Assembly: GCA_964187785.1 (NCBI GenBank)
Contig: OZ076409.1
Location: forward strand, 11,906,001 to 11,970,000
Direction: 5' to 3'
From: Amphiscolops sp. MND2022
Taxonomy: Eukaryota
Length of the DNA: 64,000 bases
Shown: positions 10,701 to 23,333 of the stretch, piece after piece
How positions within the stretch are numbered: the stretch's first letter is position 1
How the letters are laid out: each line of letters opens with the position of its first letter
Notes under the pieces: generated by a model
Told to the model about the DNA's origin: nothing
What the model saw: only the letters and a program-made list of their open reading frames with translations
Database searches by the model: none
Program-made: the position numbers and the translations under genes

Positions 10701-13316
10701 GTTAAAAGTTTGATCGGTTTTCAGTAAATGTATAAGCGGAAATGTTCTAAACCCCATACTACCGCCAATAATTCAAGTTCATTTATTGCGTATTTCTTTT
10801 CGGTGTCTGAAAGGAAACGACTCGCGAAGCCAATCGGTTTTAATTTCCCGTCCGGTTGTTCTTGCCATAGGGTTGCCCCCAAGCCTTTTGTGCTTGCGTC
10901 CGTTGTTATCACGTTTGGGTAATCTGAGTTGTAGTGAGCCAAACACGGTATCTCCGTGATCTTTTGTTTTAAGTTTTCGAATGCTTGTGTGTGTTCTTCG
11001 GTCCATATCCATTCGTTCTTTTTTTTCAGTAACTGTCTCAAGCTGTCGGTTTGGGCGGAGAGGTTGTCAATATATTTTGACAAGTATTGAATGGCTCCCA
11101 GAAATGATTTTCGTTCTTTTTCATTTTTTGGTTGTTTTAGTTCTTTTATGGCTAACAACTTGTCTTGAAGTGGTCGGATACCGGCCTGGTCAATTTTGTG
11201 GCCTATCCATTCGATTTCCGTTTTGAAAAATTTGGACTTGTTTTCACTCAAGCGGTATCCGGCTTTTTCTAGTCTGGTTAGGACGTTAATCAATTCTTTT
11301 TTGTGTTCTTCCTTTGACCCTTTAGTTACGACGATGATGTCATCTAACCACGCTGGATGTTTGTTATCCAGTGTTTGGTCAATCTTCTCCTGAAAGACCG
11401 TTGGTATATCCGCTAGACCGTAGAAGCCCTTTAGGAAGCGGTAGTAACCGGTAAAATTTCCCCCGGTTACTGCGAATATGCACAAGTTTCTAGCTTCTCT
11501 TGATAACAGTAGTTGTCCGTATGCGTAATCTAAATCGAATTTTGAGATCCATATCTCATCTGCTGGACCATCTGCTATTTTTCTTGATATCCGTGAAATC
11601 AATTCCTCCATGTTAGGCATTTGTGCCTTTCTTTTCACGGTTATTTCATTCAATTTTCGCGAATCGAGGGCGATTTTTATTGACTTGTCTTTCTTTACCG
11701 TGATCACGGCTGGACTTACGAAGCAGTTTTCGTCGATATTGTTGGCTTTTTCGATATGTCCTTGTTTTATTAGTTTTTCTATTTCCTTCCCCACCGATTG
11801 TTGGAGGTGAATCGGTATTGGCCTTCCTTTCTGTTGTATCAGTTTCGCGTCTTCTTTTAGTTGTATCTTTACTTCCAGTCCATTTACTGTATGGTTTTCT
11901 GTGAAAAGTTTCTTGAATTTCGTTTTCAATGATGTTATGTCTGGGTCTTCTTTTATTTGTTGTATTTGTGGGACGGTTTTGTCCGTCTCCAGCGTTATTC
12001 CCAGCTTTTTCATCCAGTCTAGGCCCAGTAATGGGTTGGTTCTTTTAGTTGTCACTAAAATTTCCAGTTCTTTTTGTTTTCCGTCGATTTCCACTTTGGC
12101 CGTCGTTTTTCCTTCAAATTGTATCCGGTTATCGTTTACATCCCTGTATTCCGTTTTTAGTGGATGTAAATGTGTGATGTTGTTGAATAGTGATTTTGGT
12201 ATTAATGTTACCGGTGATCCGCTGTCAATGATGAATTTGATTGGTCGGTTATTGACCAGTGCGGTGATTGTGAAGAAGTCCGGTCCGTTGCTGTTTATTG
12301 ATCGTGTTGAATGGATCTTTTGTTTCACTGAATGGGTTGTGTTCGGTGTCCAATCGTCTTCATTCGCGCTACTTGTCTCTTCCTCCATTATATGGTTCAC
12401 TCTTTTATTTGTGCGGCAACATTTGGCGAAGTGGCCTATTTTTCCGCATTTTGCACACTTCTTTCCTCTGGCTGGGCATTCATGTTGTCTTGACCAGTTT
12501 GGTGCTCCGCAACGGTTGCAGTCGACTTTTTTGAATTTTGTCGGTTTTTCCGGTTGTTCTTTTGTTGGTTTTATTTTACGTTTATTCAAGTAACGTATTT
12601 TCTTCTCTTCTGTTTCGGGTGAGTCATTTTGTCGTAAGTGTATTCTAGTATCGCGTCAGTTATTGCTTCTACCGACATGTCACTCTTTCTGATTTTTTTC
12701 TTTAGGTCGTAGTCTCCGGTTGATTTTCCGATGACTGACAACAATTTTGGTGCTAGAAGTTCTGCCGCGGTTATTGTTTCAAATTCCCATTTTTTTCAAT
12801 TTCTAGTATTCGTTTCCACACGTCTGCTGCAGATTCACCGTCTTCTCGTTTCAGGTCGAAGAAATCGGCTCTACTATGTTGTACGTTCCTTTCCGGTGTG
12901 AAGTGTAGTCGGAAAAGTGTGTAAAGTTTATACAATGGTAGTGAGCCCGGTTCTCTCTCTCTGATTGTTTTTGTCATTTCCGTGATAGCATTCTGTCCAA
13001 TTGCCCAGATGAAAATATCTTTTATTTCCGTTTCGAGTTGGTCACGGTAATGTGTCAGTATCTCTTTGTTGTTTGTCATGGTTGATAGGTCAATTTCTTT
13101 CGTCCTTTTTATGTATTGGACGAATTTTCTCCACCACAAGTTTGCACTGGTGTGGTCGTGTTTCTCCAGTGTGGGAATGGTCTATTCCTGAGTGCAGGTC
13201 CGGTCAGCCGTCCTGTTCATTGTGTCGTTCGGCAATGTTTGGTTGGTTTGCCGTGTACCCGATGAAGACAGTATGGTGTTTCCATCTCTTGGGTTTTCTT
13301 CCGTATTTTCATCCAT
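7693..13316 (-). pseudogene. Element B gag-pol, broken by several stops and frameshifts
   Basis: ATG at 13316. Gag knuckles CNRCG..HEC..CAKCGKIGHFAKC; protease IDSGS; RT DLDYAY...WLDD; RH TDAS...ELE; IN H-H-C-C, MDFIGP, RSD, VER. Confidence 0.92.
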
Positions 13317-13369
13317 ATCTTCTTTCTGGATGTTTTGTATTTGTGTTGTTTAGCTTTTAGTTCTAAGCT

Positions 13370-13379
13370 GACTGCGCCA
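13370..13379 (-). other. PBS of element B, TGGCGCAGTC (tRNA-Ser-type)
   Basis: Directly follows the 5' LTR end; same start as the tRNA-Ser PBS of 17.6/297-type elements. Confidence 0.8.
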
Positions 13380-13577
13380 TGTTGTAACTCTCTTCTATAA
13401 CTGTGAAAAACATTGACAATTCAAACTTTATTCTATCTTGTTCTGAGACTTTATGATAGTTCATCATCTGCATACAATAGGCAGGTACTTGATAAAAAGA
13501 TCATCAACAGTATAGTAATAATCATATAAATACAGACTAATTAACATGTATGTAAAGAGTCTGAGTCCTCTACTACA
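13380..13577 (-). repeat. 5' LTR of element B
   Basis: 196/198 identical to 7532-7729. Confidence 0.97.
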
Positions 13578-15309
13578 GAAGTAGAGAATTGGCAAAAAAA
13601 ACGCAAAGAAGTTTGTGATTTTCCTCCCATGTACACAAGTAAATTGTGGGGCAGAAAATAAGTCGACGCCCGTTCAAGTTTCAGAAAAAAAAGTTTCTTG
13701 AATATGCAAAGGACACTGTTTTTAAGCTTTATTCAATTTCTCAGAGCCAAAAAAACCCAAGTGATACACATCAATCTCAGAAACCACATTTTCGCAAACT
13801 GGAAACACAAAAAAATCAGTTTTTTCAAAAACATTTTTTCGAATCTTTTCGAAAACGTCTCATCGTGTCGAAAAAATGACATTCAACTCAAAAAATTCCG
13901 CTTTCTCAAGCCGAAATCGGCTAGAAATGCGAGGGGATACCCTTTGTTAGAAAAGACGCACAGAGCCCAAAAAGCTGAATAAGTCTTTCCACAATTCTTA
14001 GGAAAACGTATCAGTTCCACAGGATCAAAAAGTAACAAAGAGGTCATCCTCAAGACTCGGGAAACATGTTTCTTTTAGAGAAAAACTAAAAGAAAAAGTC
14101 TGCAAACCAACTTTGTGATTTTCTTCGATTGCTTATCTTCTAGAGAAAAGATTGCATGAAAATTCATTGGAAAAGATCGAAAAACATGCCTTTGAACATA
14201 GAAAGATTAATGTGTAAGAGTAGTTATTTTCTCATTCGTGGTAAAACTGTTAATACCTGTTTCAATACCGGCAAGCAAGAAACTCAGACTTCAACCATTT
14301 TTTACTCGATCTTCAAATTAGGGTTGTTTAACTTTGCATTGTTTAACATTTCAAATGATAACTGTTATTTACTGTTAACCAAGGACCATTGATCTCAGGT
14401 TCCAAACCCGAAAATTCACAAAATTAAATTGATCTACAGTAGAATACGAAACGTTAAACAACCTAGTAATTCATTTTTTTTCGAATTTTTAGCTATATGA
14501 CTTTTTTGTAAAACTGAACAGTGCGGTGTTTGTTTCTCACCCTTTCTCGATCCAAGTTGTCACCATGACCACCCTTTTTTAAGAACTTGAGTTCAATATG
14601 CTGTTTTTTGCACTTTTACATTCCTTGATTTGATCATGGTCTAAAAAGTTTTCCATATTCTTTAATGAACTGTTCTCAAAAAGCAATACAGATACCCCTC
14701 GAATCTTTTGTTTTACCAATGCCAAAACACTGCGGAAACCCATTCAAAAACTGAAGTGTTACCTTCAAACACTCAAAAACCTAAGGGTATCATTTGACAG
14801 TTTAAATCATCAAATGTACCCAGAAATCTAGGTATCAAAATTTCTTCCGGTGGCTCTCGTAACAACGAGTGCTTGTAAGCTTAATCTGGCAGGGTTGAGT
14901 CGAATCAACGGTACATTTGGGTACCATTTTGATGTTTGGAAGCAATTCAGCGTTGTAGGTTTTCTATCGAGTAACAAGACGGAAACGTCTAAAATCGGCT
15001 CAAGAAGCGCAAACATTTTAGGATATGCTCAAGACGCTTTTTCAATGGAAGTTTCAGTTTCGAAACACCGTAAGGATGCTTTTCGTGCTGCGGAAGCACT
15101 TCAGAAGTTAGGATATATCGTGTTGAAACAAATGCGAATGCTTTTTCCCGATCCTACACCTCCTCATCAGTAAAACGCAAATTACTTCGGATACGTCCGT
15201 ATATTACGTAAGTTTTGGAATATATTGAAAAAAAATATTTGTCGGTATATCTTGAGAAAACCTAATCTGACTGAAAATACTTTTGATACAGTTTCATGGT
15301 TCCGAAAAA

Positions 15310-15660
15310 AAGGGAGAACGCCTTTGGGCTTTTTGAAACTTCAGTTTGCTGCAAAATATGAAAAAACTTGAAGGGGACCCTTTGGAGACAAGACAATTCA
15401 AAAAAGTCGCAGTGCCGACAAAAATCAAAAGGAACGCTACAGTCTCGTCCGGTTTTTTATCCTACGTTAGGAATGGAGTAAATGAAAAGGGGTAGAAAGG
15501 CCCCTTGCACTATCTTAGATGCGTTTCCGCTTGCTGGTCCAGTAGTTTAGTAGTTCTGTAAAAAGTGTCCACTACGCATTCATTTTGTTATCTGACGAAA
15601 AAAACTAATCACTGTAATAGTCGGGCTTTTTTCCTTGAAGGAAAATGCGCCGACTAAAAA
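15310..15660 (-). mobile_element. HINE-like (non-autonomous Helentron) family 1, truncated
   Basis: Ends in GCGCCGACTAAAAA; body similar to other family-1 copies. Confidence 0.55.
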
Positions 15661-16271
15661 GGGGGTTCATGAAGAGCATCGGAAATGACATTGAATTTCA
15701 CAAAAAAACAATGACAATGAATCGGTTGTTTCAGTCTGAATGATTTTTAAAGGTTTCGAAAATGAACTTTAATTATGGTGTCTCGTTTTAACGCTTTGAT
15801 CGAAAAAATTACTGAGTGATATTTTGGTAAACTACTGTACATTTCAAAAATTGCCCACAATGATTTTTCGAGGACTTACGCGAACCTTTATAATCCGAGC
15901 CGTTTCCTAGTTTCTATTTTTTTTCTTAGAAACAAAATTTTACAGAACATCATTATTTTTCGTTTTCTCAAGAAACAAAAATCTTAGTTTTAGCACCAAA
16001 CATTCATCAGGTTCTGCCAAAAGCTACTAGAAGCGCTAATGAAAGGTTGTAGACTGTTTAAAATACTCGGATATTTTGTCAAACACTTAAGGTCTGAAGG
16101 TGTCTGATTTTTTCCAAAGACGTGTTAGCACAATACCTTAAAATATAGCAGTCACACTGCGATTCTTGTCGGTCTACTTTCAGACGAGCCATTGACCGAC
16201 TGGACAATTGGCCGACAAAAACAAAAGTGAGAATTCAATTAAAGCTCATTCGATTAATACGCCTTTTTTCA

Positions 16272-16733
16272 TTTTTTTAGTCGGCGCTTTCCATAAGAGT
16301 CGACTATAGTCATGGCTTTTCGTCAGTGTTTTTTAAGACTACCTGAACCAAAATAGTTATACAAAATTTTGAGAAGACGCCAAAATGTGCCTGTTGGCCC
16401 AAGGAACTGAACCAAAAAGGTTCCCCGCGTAACATCCAATACCGGACGAGACCAAAGGGTCCATCTTTAGATTTTTTTCGGCAATGTGTGACTTTGTTTT
16501 AAAAAATTTTTTTCCACCAAAGGGTCCCCCTTCAATTTTTTTGGAGTTTTGCAACAGAATGGATGTTGAAAAATACTAAAGGGTCCTCCCTTTCAGTTTT
16601 TTTCGGCATTGTGAGACTTTCAATTTTTTTTCACAAAAGGTTCCAAACTCACCAATACTTTGACATTTTGAAGTCCTTTTGCTATTTTTGAACCTTAGAC
16701 ATGGCGCCGACTTGGGCCGGTCCCAGCTTGTTT
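16272..16733 (+). mobile_element. HINE-like family 1 element
   Basis: 5' TTTTAGTCGGCGC...CGACTA hairpin; 3' subterminal inverted repeat GCGCCGACT followed by a GC-rich stem-loop and CTTGTT. Confidence 0.65.
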
Positions 16734-17113
16734 CAGAAAGACTTTACATCGTGTTTAGAGAAACAATATTGAGTGTTATACAGTTTGATTCAAATCCAAT
16801 TTTAATTCTATGTGAATTCCCGCCACAAAACAGCACTGAGAATAGTTTAACAACCAATCATATTCAACTTTGGTTTAGAACTTTTCATAAGCTGTCCAGG
16901 AATGTATTTTGTTACAACGAACATTTGTCACCAAAGACTACCCTGTCTGGAACATTCCGCATCTTTCATTTTCTGAACTCTGCCGACAGTGTTTGATCTC
17001 ACCAAAAGCACTTGTTTTTCAGTCGACACTAACTGATTTCATGACCTCACAATAGCTTTGAAAAACTGAAGATCCTGAGTCACATTCTACTTATACTAAA
17101 AATACAGTAAAAA

Positions 17114-20100
17114 CTAAAGTTTTTTGGAACTAGAACTTTTCTTCTTCAGTTTAAGTCTGCAATCGGGGCAGTACCACTTTCTTTTGGTGGTTCCTGACGC
17201 GGGGATTCCGACACATGGGTAGTGGAACCACTCGATTGGGCAGTCTAGATTGTCACACGCTATCATGTTACCGTACGAGAAATCATTGCATATGCACCAT
17301 CTCTGTTCACTCGAGTCTGCCGCCGCCATTTCGGACGATGACTCATCAGTGCCGTCACTTTGCGCCATATTGTACTCTTGCTCTTTTTCTCCTGAGTCAA
17401 GTTTCCGTTTCTTTCGCCCCATCGAGGAGCTTCCAACTGGGGGTACTATGTACTCAGATGTGTCGAAACCGTATCTGGACTGTAGAAGAGAGTTGCTGGA
17501 ACCTCCTGACCCGGATCTCACGCGGTGCTTTTCGGCGCTGAGGAGACGCTTCGGTCTGTTTTTGGGGTAGATGCTGAGCACCTCGCTCGAATGAGGGTGT
17601 CGGCCAGTAAAGGCTTTGGCTATTTTGTTGGTTGTTGATTCCATTCTACAACACAATGTTGAATGTCATGGTTTGAAGGGTTAGAAACAGGGGTTTGATA
17701 TCGCTAATTTTTTCGCTAATCGCTAAATGGCTGATTTCAAAATGGCTATTTCGCTGAAAAGGTTTCTCTTCAAACTAATAATGTTTCATTTAAAGTGTTT
17801 TGAAATAAAATGACTACTCAATTCAGTTTTTTGCAAGAAAAAAGACTGGAATTTTTATACCGTGTGGGTTTTACAAGGGTAAGAATTGGAATTTTTCAAA
17901 ATTCATTATGCAACTCGTGTCCTCAGAGGAAATTTTGAATTTGGACCATCTATTAATTGCCACTAATTTGAATCGCTAAAAAATCGCTTTGATGTATCGA
18001 TTTTGTTCCAACCACTGTTTTGACATCGCTAATTTTTTTTTCGCTAAGCCGCCAATTTCAAATTCGCTATTTTGCTGAAAGTTTTTCTATCGAAGCTATC
18101 AAAAACATTTGAATACAAGTATATTTTAAAAATGAACGATGGTTCTTTCGGTTTGAAAGTTTTTGCAAGAAAAAATAATGGGATTTTTATACTGAGCGTG
18201 TTTTATAAAACTAAGAGTTAGAATTTTTCGAAATTCATTCTGAAACCCAGAGTATACTTTGGAAAATGATTTTGGACATTCCGCTTATTTGAACCGCTAA
18301 TGATATTACTGAAAAATTCCAGCGCGGTCGCTAATTCGCTAATTAGCGGTGTCAAAACGCCGGTTAGAATTCAACATTAGTAAATTTCACGAAAAACTTG
18401 GATGAATCAACGTCAGAATAGAAAATTTAGAAACTTCTTTGTCTTTGATGATACAATTATCTTGTCCAGTGAAAGTGGGTGAAATTCCCGGAAAGGGAAG
18501 ACTCAGGGAAGAAAAGCAATGTTTCAGAATTAAGTCTTACCCAAGCGGCAGGGAATACATTCCTGACAACATGGAATCGTTAGAATCCACCATTGATGAT
18601 AGCTCTAAAACAAAAACATAGCGACAATAAATGGTTGCGACATGATCAAAAAGACAGCATGTTATTGACAAAATATTTTCGACTGAAAGCATCCAAATCT
18701 TGGACTACAGGATCCGTTGCTTGTACTGCAAGTGGCAAGGTTGGCTTTGTTTTAAACAGGTGTTTTAAACAAGGGATAAAAAACATGTTTTAAACAGCAT
18801 TGAAAAAAAAAACAATGTTTTTTATTTTGTTTTTTTTTTTCCACTACAGTTTCTCTTACTTCATCTGAAAACGTAAAGGGCCTTGAATATATTCGACATT
18901 GTAAGGCCGATATCATGCCTGATGTCATGAAAGTTTTAGCAAAAGATCCCTTTGTGCCAAGTGTTTTTGAAAATTTTAAAGAGGCATCTATAACCTCATG
19001 GTGGAAGCTGGGATTACGTATGGGCTTTCCTGAAGGGATGTTGCAGTTTGCTTTGTCTTTTACCAGCTGTGTGCAGTTATTTTGCATTTCTTTGAAAAAA
19101 AACAATAAAAAACAAGAAAAACATGCATTTTTCGAAAAAAAACTGTATAAAACGAAAAAAAAAACATGTTTAAATCGCAACCTTGGCAAGTGGTGAAGAC
19201 CCTTTGCATTCTTACTGAAGTATTTTGAAATTTCATTTTTCTCAACAAACTATTTCTAAGCAAACAATTATTCGCTTAATTTCAATAAAAGTGTCTTCTT
19301 CATTGCTGCTAAAAGAATAAAACTACATGCTAATAGAAAACAATGGCTGTGAAAATTTGCCAGGAACGAAGCTAGAACTTCAGCAATAATATTCCAGCTA
19401 ACGCAAAAAAAAATGAAACGCGACCTTTTACTGTCCTTGAAATTTACTGATGAGATTTATTTATTCTTCTTCTTAATGGAAAAGCAGGTATAGTAATCAC
19501 CTACCGTATTTCTTCGAATACAGGCCGCGGCTTGTAAGTTGTTTCTGTAGTGATTTCGCAGCATATATTCAAAGAAATGTGATGAGCTATGGCTTTTAAG
19601 ATTAAATTTTTAAGCTTAATGCGGCTTCTAATCGGGGCGGCCTATTCGGGGGCGACTTTAACTAGAAACCAACCAGACGGCGAAGTGGGAGGAGTGAAGA
19701 ATACACTATGCATGGATTGGTCTGCATTCTCTGACATCGAGGTTCCATTTGCATCGAAAGAAGATTGTCTGCCCCCCGCGTCCGAAGAATGTTTGCTACT
19801 TTTGTTTTTCTTCATGGAGTGTGAGCTACTGATTCGGTCTCTATCGGTGCTTCCGTTTTTGTCTTTAGTTGATGGAGATTTGACAGGGGAACTCAAATGG
19901 GCTGCTGTGGCGTAGATGGAACTGAAATTTGAGAAACGAGGGGTTGTTTCTTCTTCAGCAAGCTGACGTGAAACCTTAGCTTCCAATATCTGCGTTATCC
20001 CAGCGTTGTCTGCTTCCAACTCCAATTTGAATCTGTTGAGATCCTAGAACAAAAATAATTCATCTCTCATTTTGGAGGAAAATAGGACGAGAATGATTTT

Positions 20101-21534
20101 CAAAAAGCAACAGAAACTGCAAAAATTAAGAACACCTTTGTGCAAAATACCAGGCTTTTAAAATAAGACGGTAGTCTAATAACCACAACATGGTGATTTT
20201 GGAATGCAAAAGTGAATTTCTTCAAGAATGCGAAAAACACGATGCGATTCTGCCCGAATTTGAGGAATTAAAAAGTATTTTTCAATGGTTTTCGTCTGAA
20301 CTTTGTACGCGACTTCAGTTAGTTTAAAAATCTCGCATTATTGTTTCGCGTTAAAACAAAAAAATTAATAGGAAAACAATTTAACATTTTACAAAGTATA
20401 TTGTCAGAATGTTATCTAAACATGAAATGTAGGACAATTTGTTGGAAATAAAGGACAATTTGTTGGAAGAAAAGCGTTAAACCGTGTCCGTTTAAGTTCG
20501 CCACTTTTAAGTTCGCCACATATAAGTTAGCCCGTAAATCTTAGCCATATTTAATTTAGCCACCATATATGTTCGCCACATTTTCGGCCAATCAAATTCG
20601 AGCATTCAAAATTACGATAACGTAGTCAGATATGTTCACATACCCCTAGTGCCCTAAATGCAGGAGCGAAGCGAAGCGGAGCGACGTGCCATATGGCCAT
20701 GCCTCAATGTTGCTACTTGGCGAAGGGAGCGAAGCGACCGAGCCATACAACAAATATGCTAAGTATTTTTCCGCTTAGTGAATACTTTCATTTTTTCGGC
20801 TTAGTGAATATTCTGCTTCGTGACACCCCACCAACAGTTCTCAGGCGAGAAAATTAAATGAACAATTTTGTTATTCAGATAGAACTAGCTACCGGTTCTT
20901 ATCATTAGCACTAGCAATCGATGAAAAACGCTAAGCGGTCAAACCACGATATAAAGACTGAAGCAATGAAAGTTGCTTCAGTAGCAAATACGAAATTGTG
21001 TTTCTTCATAGTATTGTTAACCAGATTATGCTTTATACATTACGTATCGGAAAATATGATGCGATTTTCAGCGCGTAATTTTCAACCCATTCAGCCGCAA
21101 CTGAAACGAGTAAGTTCCACGTCAAAAACCAGTCTGAAACTTCTCACAAACAAAAAAATCCTTTGCGTAAAAATGCAATATTATCGCGAAACTAGACGAA
21201 CCTGGTCCAATCTTCGAGAATACCTTTCCACCAAATCGAATAACTGCATCATCACTTTTATTTTCTCATCTGCATCGATGGAAGCTTGTTTGTAGCCATT
21301 TTCCACGTCATCGAACACTTTGCGATTTCTCTCTTGGTTGTTTGGATTGTTGCTGACCTGTTGACCCCCGGATAACGACGAACCACTGGAGCTGCAGCAA
21401 CTGTCGACCTTCTTACGTAACAACTCGACTTGATTCTGCACTGACAGATCCAGTTCTCGGATCAACGTGCACTTGTCTCGGACCTCGGCAGGCAAACCCT
21501 CGACCAATTCCAAAAAATCTTCCAGGAATAGCAT
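17114..21534 (-). CDS. ING3: Inhibitor of growth protein 3-like (ING N-terminal domain + PHD finger)
   Basis: Exons 21534-21202, 20043-19674, 18604-18541, 17645-17114, all GT-AG with compatible phases (0,1,2). MLFLEDFLE start; RLDQ|DLNRFKLELEADNAGITQILE is ING3-typical; PHD CICNDFSYGNMIACDNLDCPIEWFHYPCVG...WYCPDC. Confidence 0.92.
17688..18362. mobile_element. Composite of two hAT-type MITE (family CAGAGTTTTGACA) units in ING3 intron 3
   Basis: TIR-like ends; 8-bp TSD GTTAGAAA/GTTAGAAT; related copies near 6400-6550, 36354-36701 and 40748-41062. Confidence 0.7.
18736..19185. mobile_element. hAT-type non-autonomous element in ING3 intron 2
   Basis: TIR CAAGGTTG/CAACCTTG; perfect 8-bp TSD GCAAGTGG. 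Confidence 0.85.
20481..20762. mobile_element. Partial MITE with tandem AAGTTCGCCA terminal array and a core shared with 41252-41406
   Basis: Tandem motif array plus about 150 bp near-identical to the centre of the 41148-41550 MITE. Confidence 0.6.
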
Positions 21535-22759
21535 TTTGAAAAACAGCGATAGTGGCGGTCGCAATTGATGGAACAATGATGCTCCACGAAGCTAAGTTGG
21601 TTGGTTAATGGATGCGCAATGCAATGAGTGAGAATCTGAAAGAGTTCTTCGGTAACACTGCTGCTATCGAATATATGCCTCTTTTTGAAGCCTTAGAGAT
21701 GCATTCCTAAGTTTATCCATTAGCTTACTTTTGTCAAATGCTTATTTTTAGTACTTTTCAAGCAACTGAGACCTGGATGTTTCAATACTGTCAAAAGTCT
21801 CAACGGAGGAACTTGCTAAAATATTCTAAAATTATACATTGAACACTTGAGCTACAGAGTCCAGTTGCATTTGCACGTTAACTTTGAGTCATTTTTTTGC
21901 AGAATTTAAAGTAATCAATTTTAAAGATCATGGCAAAAATCGTTTTCATGACGATGGAACCCATTTCGTGATTTTCTTCTCACAAACTTTATTTTTTCAG
22001 ATCCAAAGCATCTAAACTTACAACATCGTTCTATTTAATCTTTCCTGAAACGTATAAGGTACGAGTCAAGACTTGTACCTTGGAAATGAAGTTTGACCTT
22101 TGAAAACTTTATAATTAACAGAGTATTTCGAGTTGAACATTTTCATTCAGATGCAAATTACAAAAATAGAAGTTGGTAAAGGTATAAATAAATAATCAGA
22201 GGCAAGGCAATTAATAATTTGACACCATTTGCAATAATTAAGGCTGTAACTTGAGATCATAACATGTTTCATTCTTGGAATAGGATGAGCTCACAAAAAC
22301 GTAACGGAACTCATGAAATTTATAGTTTGGGAGAAATTGACATATTTCTCAGGCAGCTCCTTGAAAAAAGATGGAATTAATTATAACCTTCTGAATTTAT
22401 TTCGGCTACACTTCTATAAAGATCTAAGTGTTATACGATTGTTGAGTAGAATTGAATTATTTAGGACTGAAAAGTCAACAATATTACCGAGATCCAATTG
22501 GATTTTTATTTCATCTAAGATCGATATAAGCTGCCTCAATTTGCACCTAAAGCGAAAAGTGCGAAGCAATGCACCAGGCAAATCGAGTTAAAAGACAAAG
22601 ATCAGACAGAGATCGGACAAGAAATTGAGTTCAAAAATTGATCATGCCGATTCTTCATAATGCAACTCTACACAAGTACCTCAACTGAATAAGAATTCAT
22701 TTATTGAGACACAGAAATGGAGCCGAAACTTTCGAAGAAACTCAACAGCACTCGTCAAC

Positions 22760-23333
22760 GGTGTGCGTTCATTTCACCCCATATCATTTCACCCCACAAT
22801 CATTTCACCCCACATTCATTTCACCCCATTTTCATTTCACACCATATTGTAATTATACAAAAGCGTCTCGCCTTAATTAACCAATTAGCAATTAAACTTT
22901 GATGCCTACTGTTTTTGAGTCAGCTTTGATTTGATTGTCAGTTTCTGGCCTGTAGCATTTTTTTTTGCCGTAGAAACACCGAATAAGAAATTTTTCGCTG
23001 ACGATTCGCAACATCCATAATTGTAAATTTTGATTGACAGAAGAAAAATGATTTTTATTCAGCGCCTTTTCCAGAAGTATTACAATTCCGATAAATGAAA
23101 CTATTCGGTTCCGAGTTTGTGGTTCACATAGAAAGCATCGTTTGCTTATCTAATTGGTAGTTAGATTCAAGACGCTTTTAGATTAGCGCTAAGATTAAAA
23201 TTGGGTGGCAATAGTCATTTATCTGAGACGCATTTGATAATTTAAAAGTGGGGTGAAATGAACGTGGGGTGAAAAGAACCTGGGGTGAAATGATATGGGG
23301 TGAAATGAACGTGGGGTGAAATGATACTAAACC
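22760..23333. mobile_element. MULE/foldback-type MITE with CATTTCACCCCA arrays
   Basis: Inverted tandem arrays at both ends; 9-bp TSD CTCGTCAAC; decayed copy at about 24583-25005. Confidence 0.85.

Larger units (their letters stand above)
7532..13577 (-). mobile_element. Full-length Mag-like Ty3/gypsy LTR retrotransposon (element B), coding region disrupted
   Basis: 198-bp LTRs at 7532-7729 and 13380-13577 with 2 mismatches; 5-bp TSD GAAGT (7527-7531, 13578-13582); PBS, PPT and gag-PR-RT-RH-IN order all present. Confidence 0.97.

Noticed and set aside
11901..12593. Long antisense ORFs over retroelement genes (also 8108-8644, 9432-9836, 60627-61661)
   Set aside because: Shadow frames of A-rich gag/pol codons; no independent motifs.
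18752..19263. ORFs of 67-145 aa in ING3 intron 2
   Set aside because: They lie within a hAT MITE with A/T runs; ING3 exon phases are satisfied without them.
19502..20173. TACCGTA...GACGGTA as a transposon enclosing ING3 exon 2
   Set aside because: The match is only about 6 bp; the left part looks like a truncated MITE ending near 19655.
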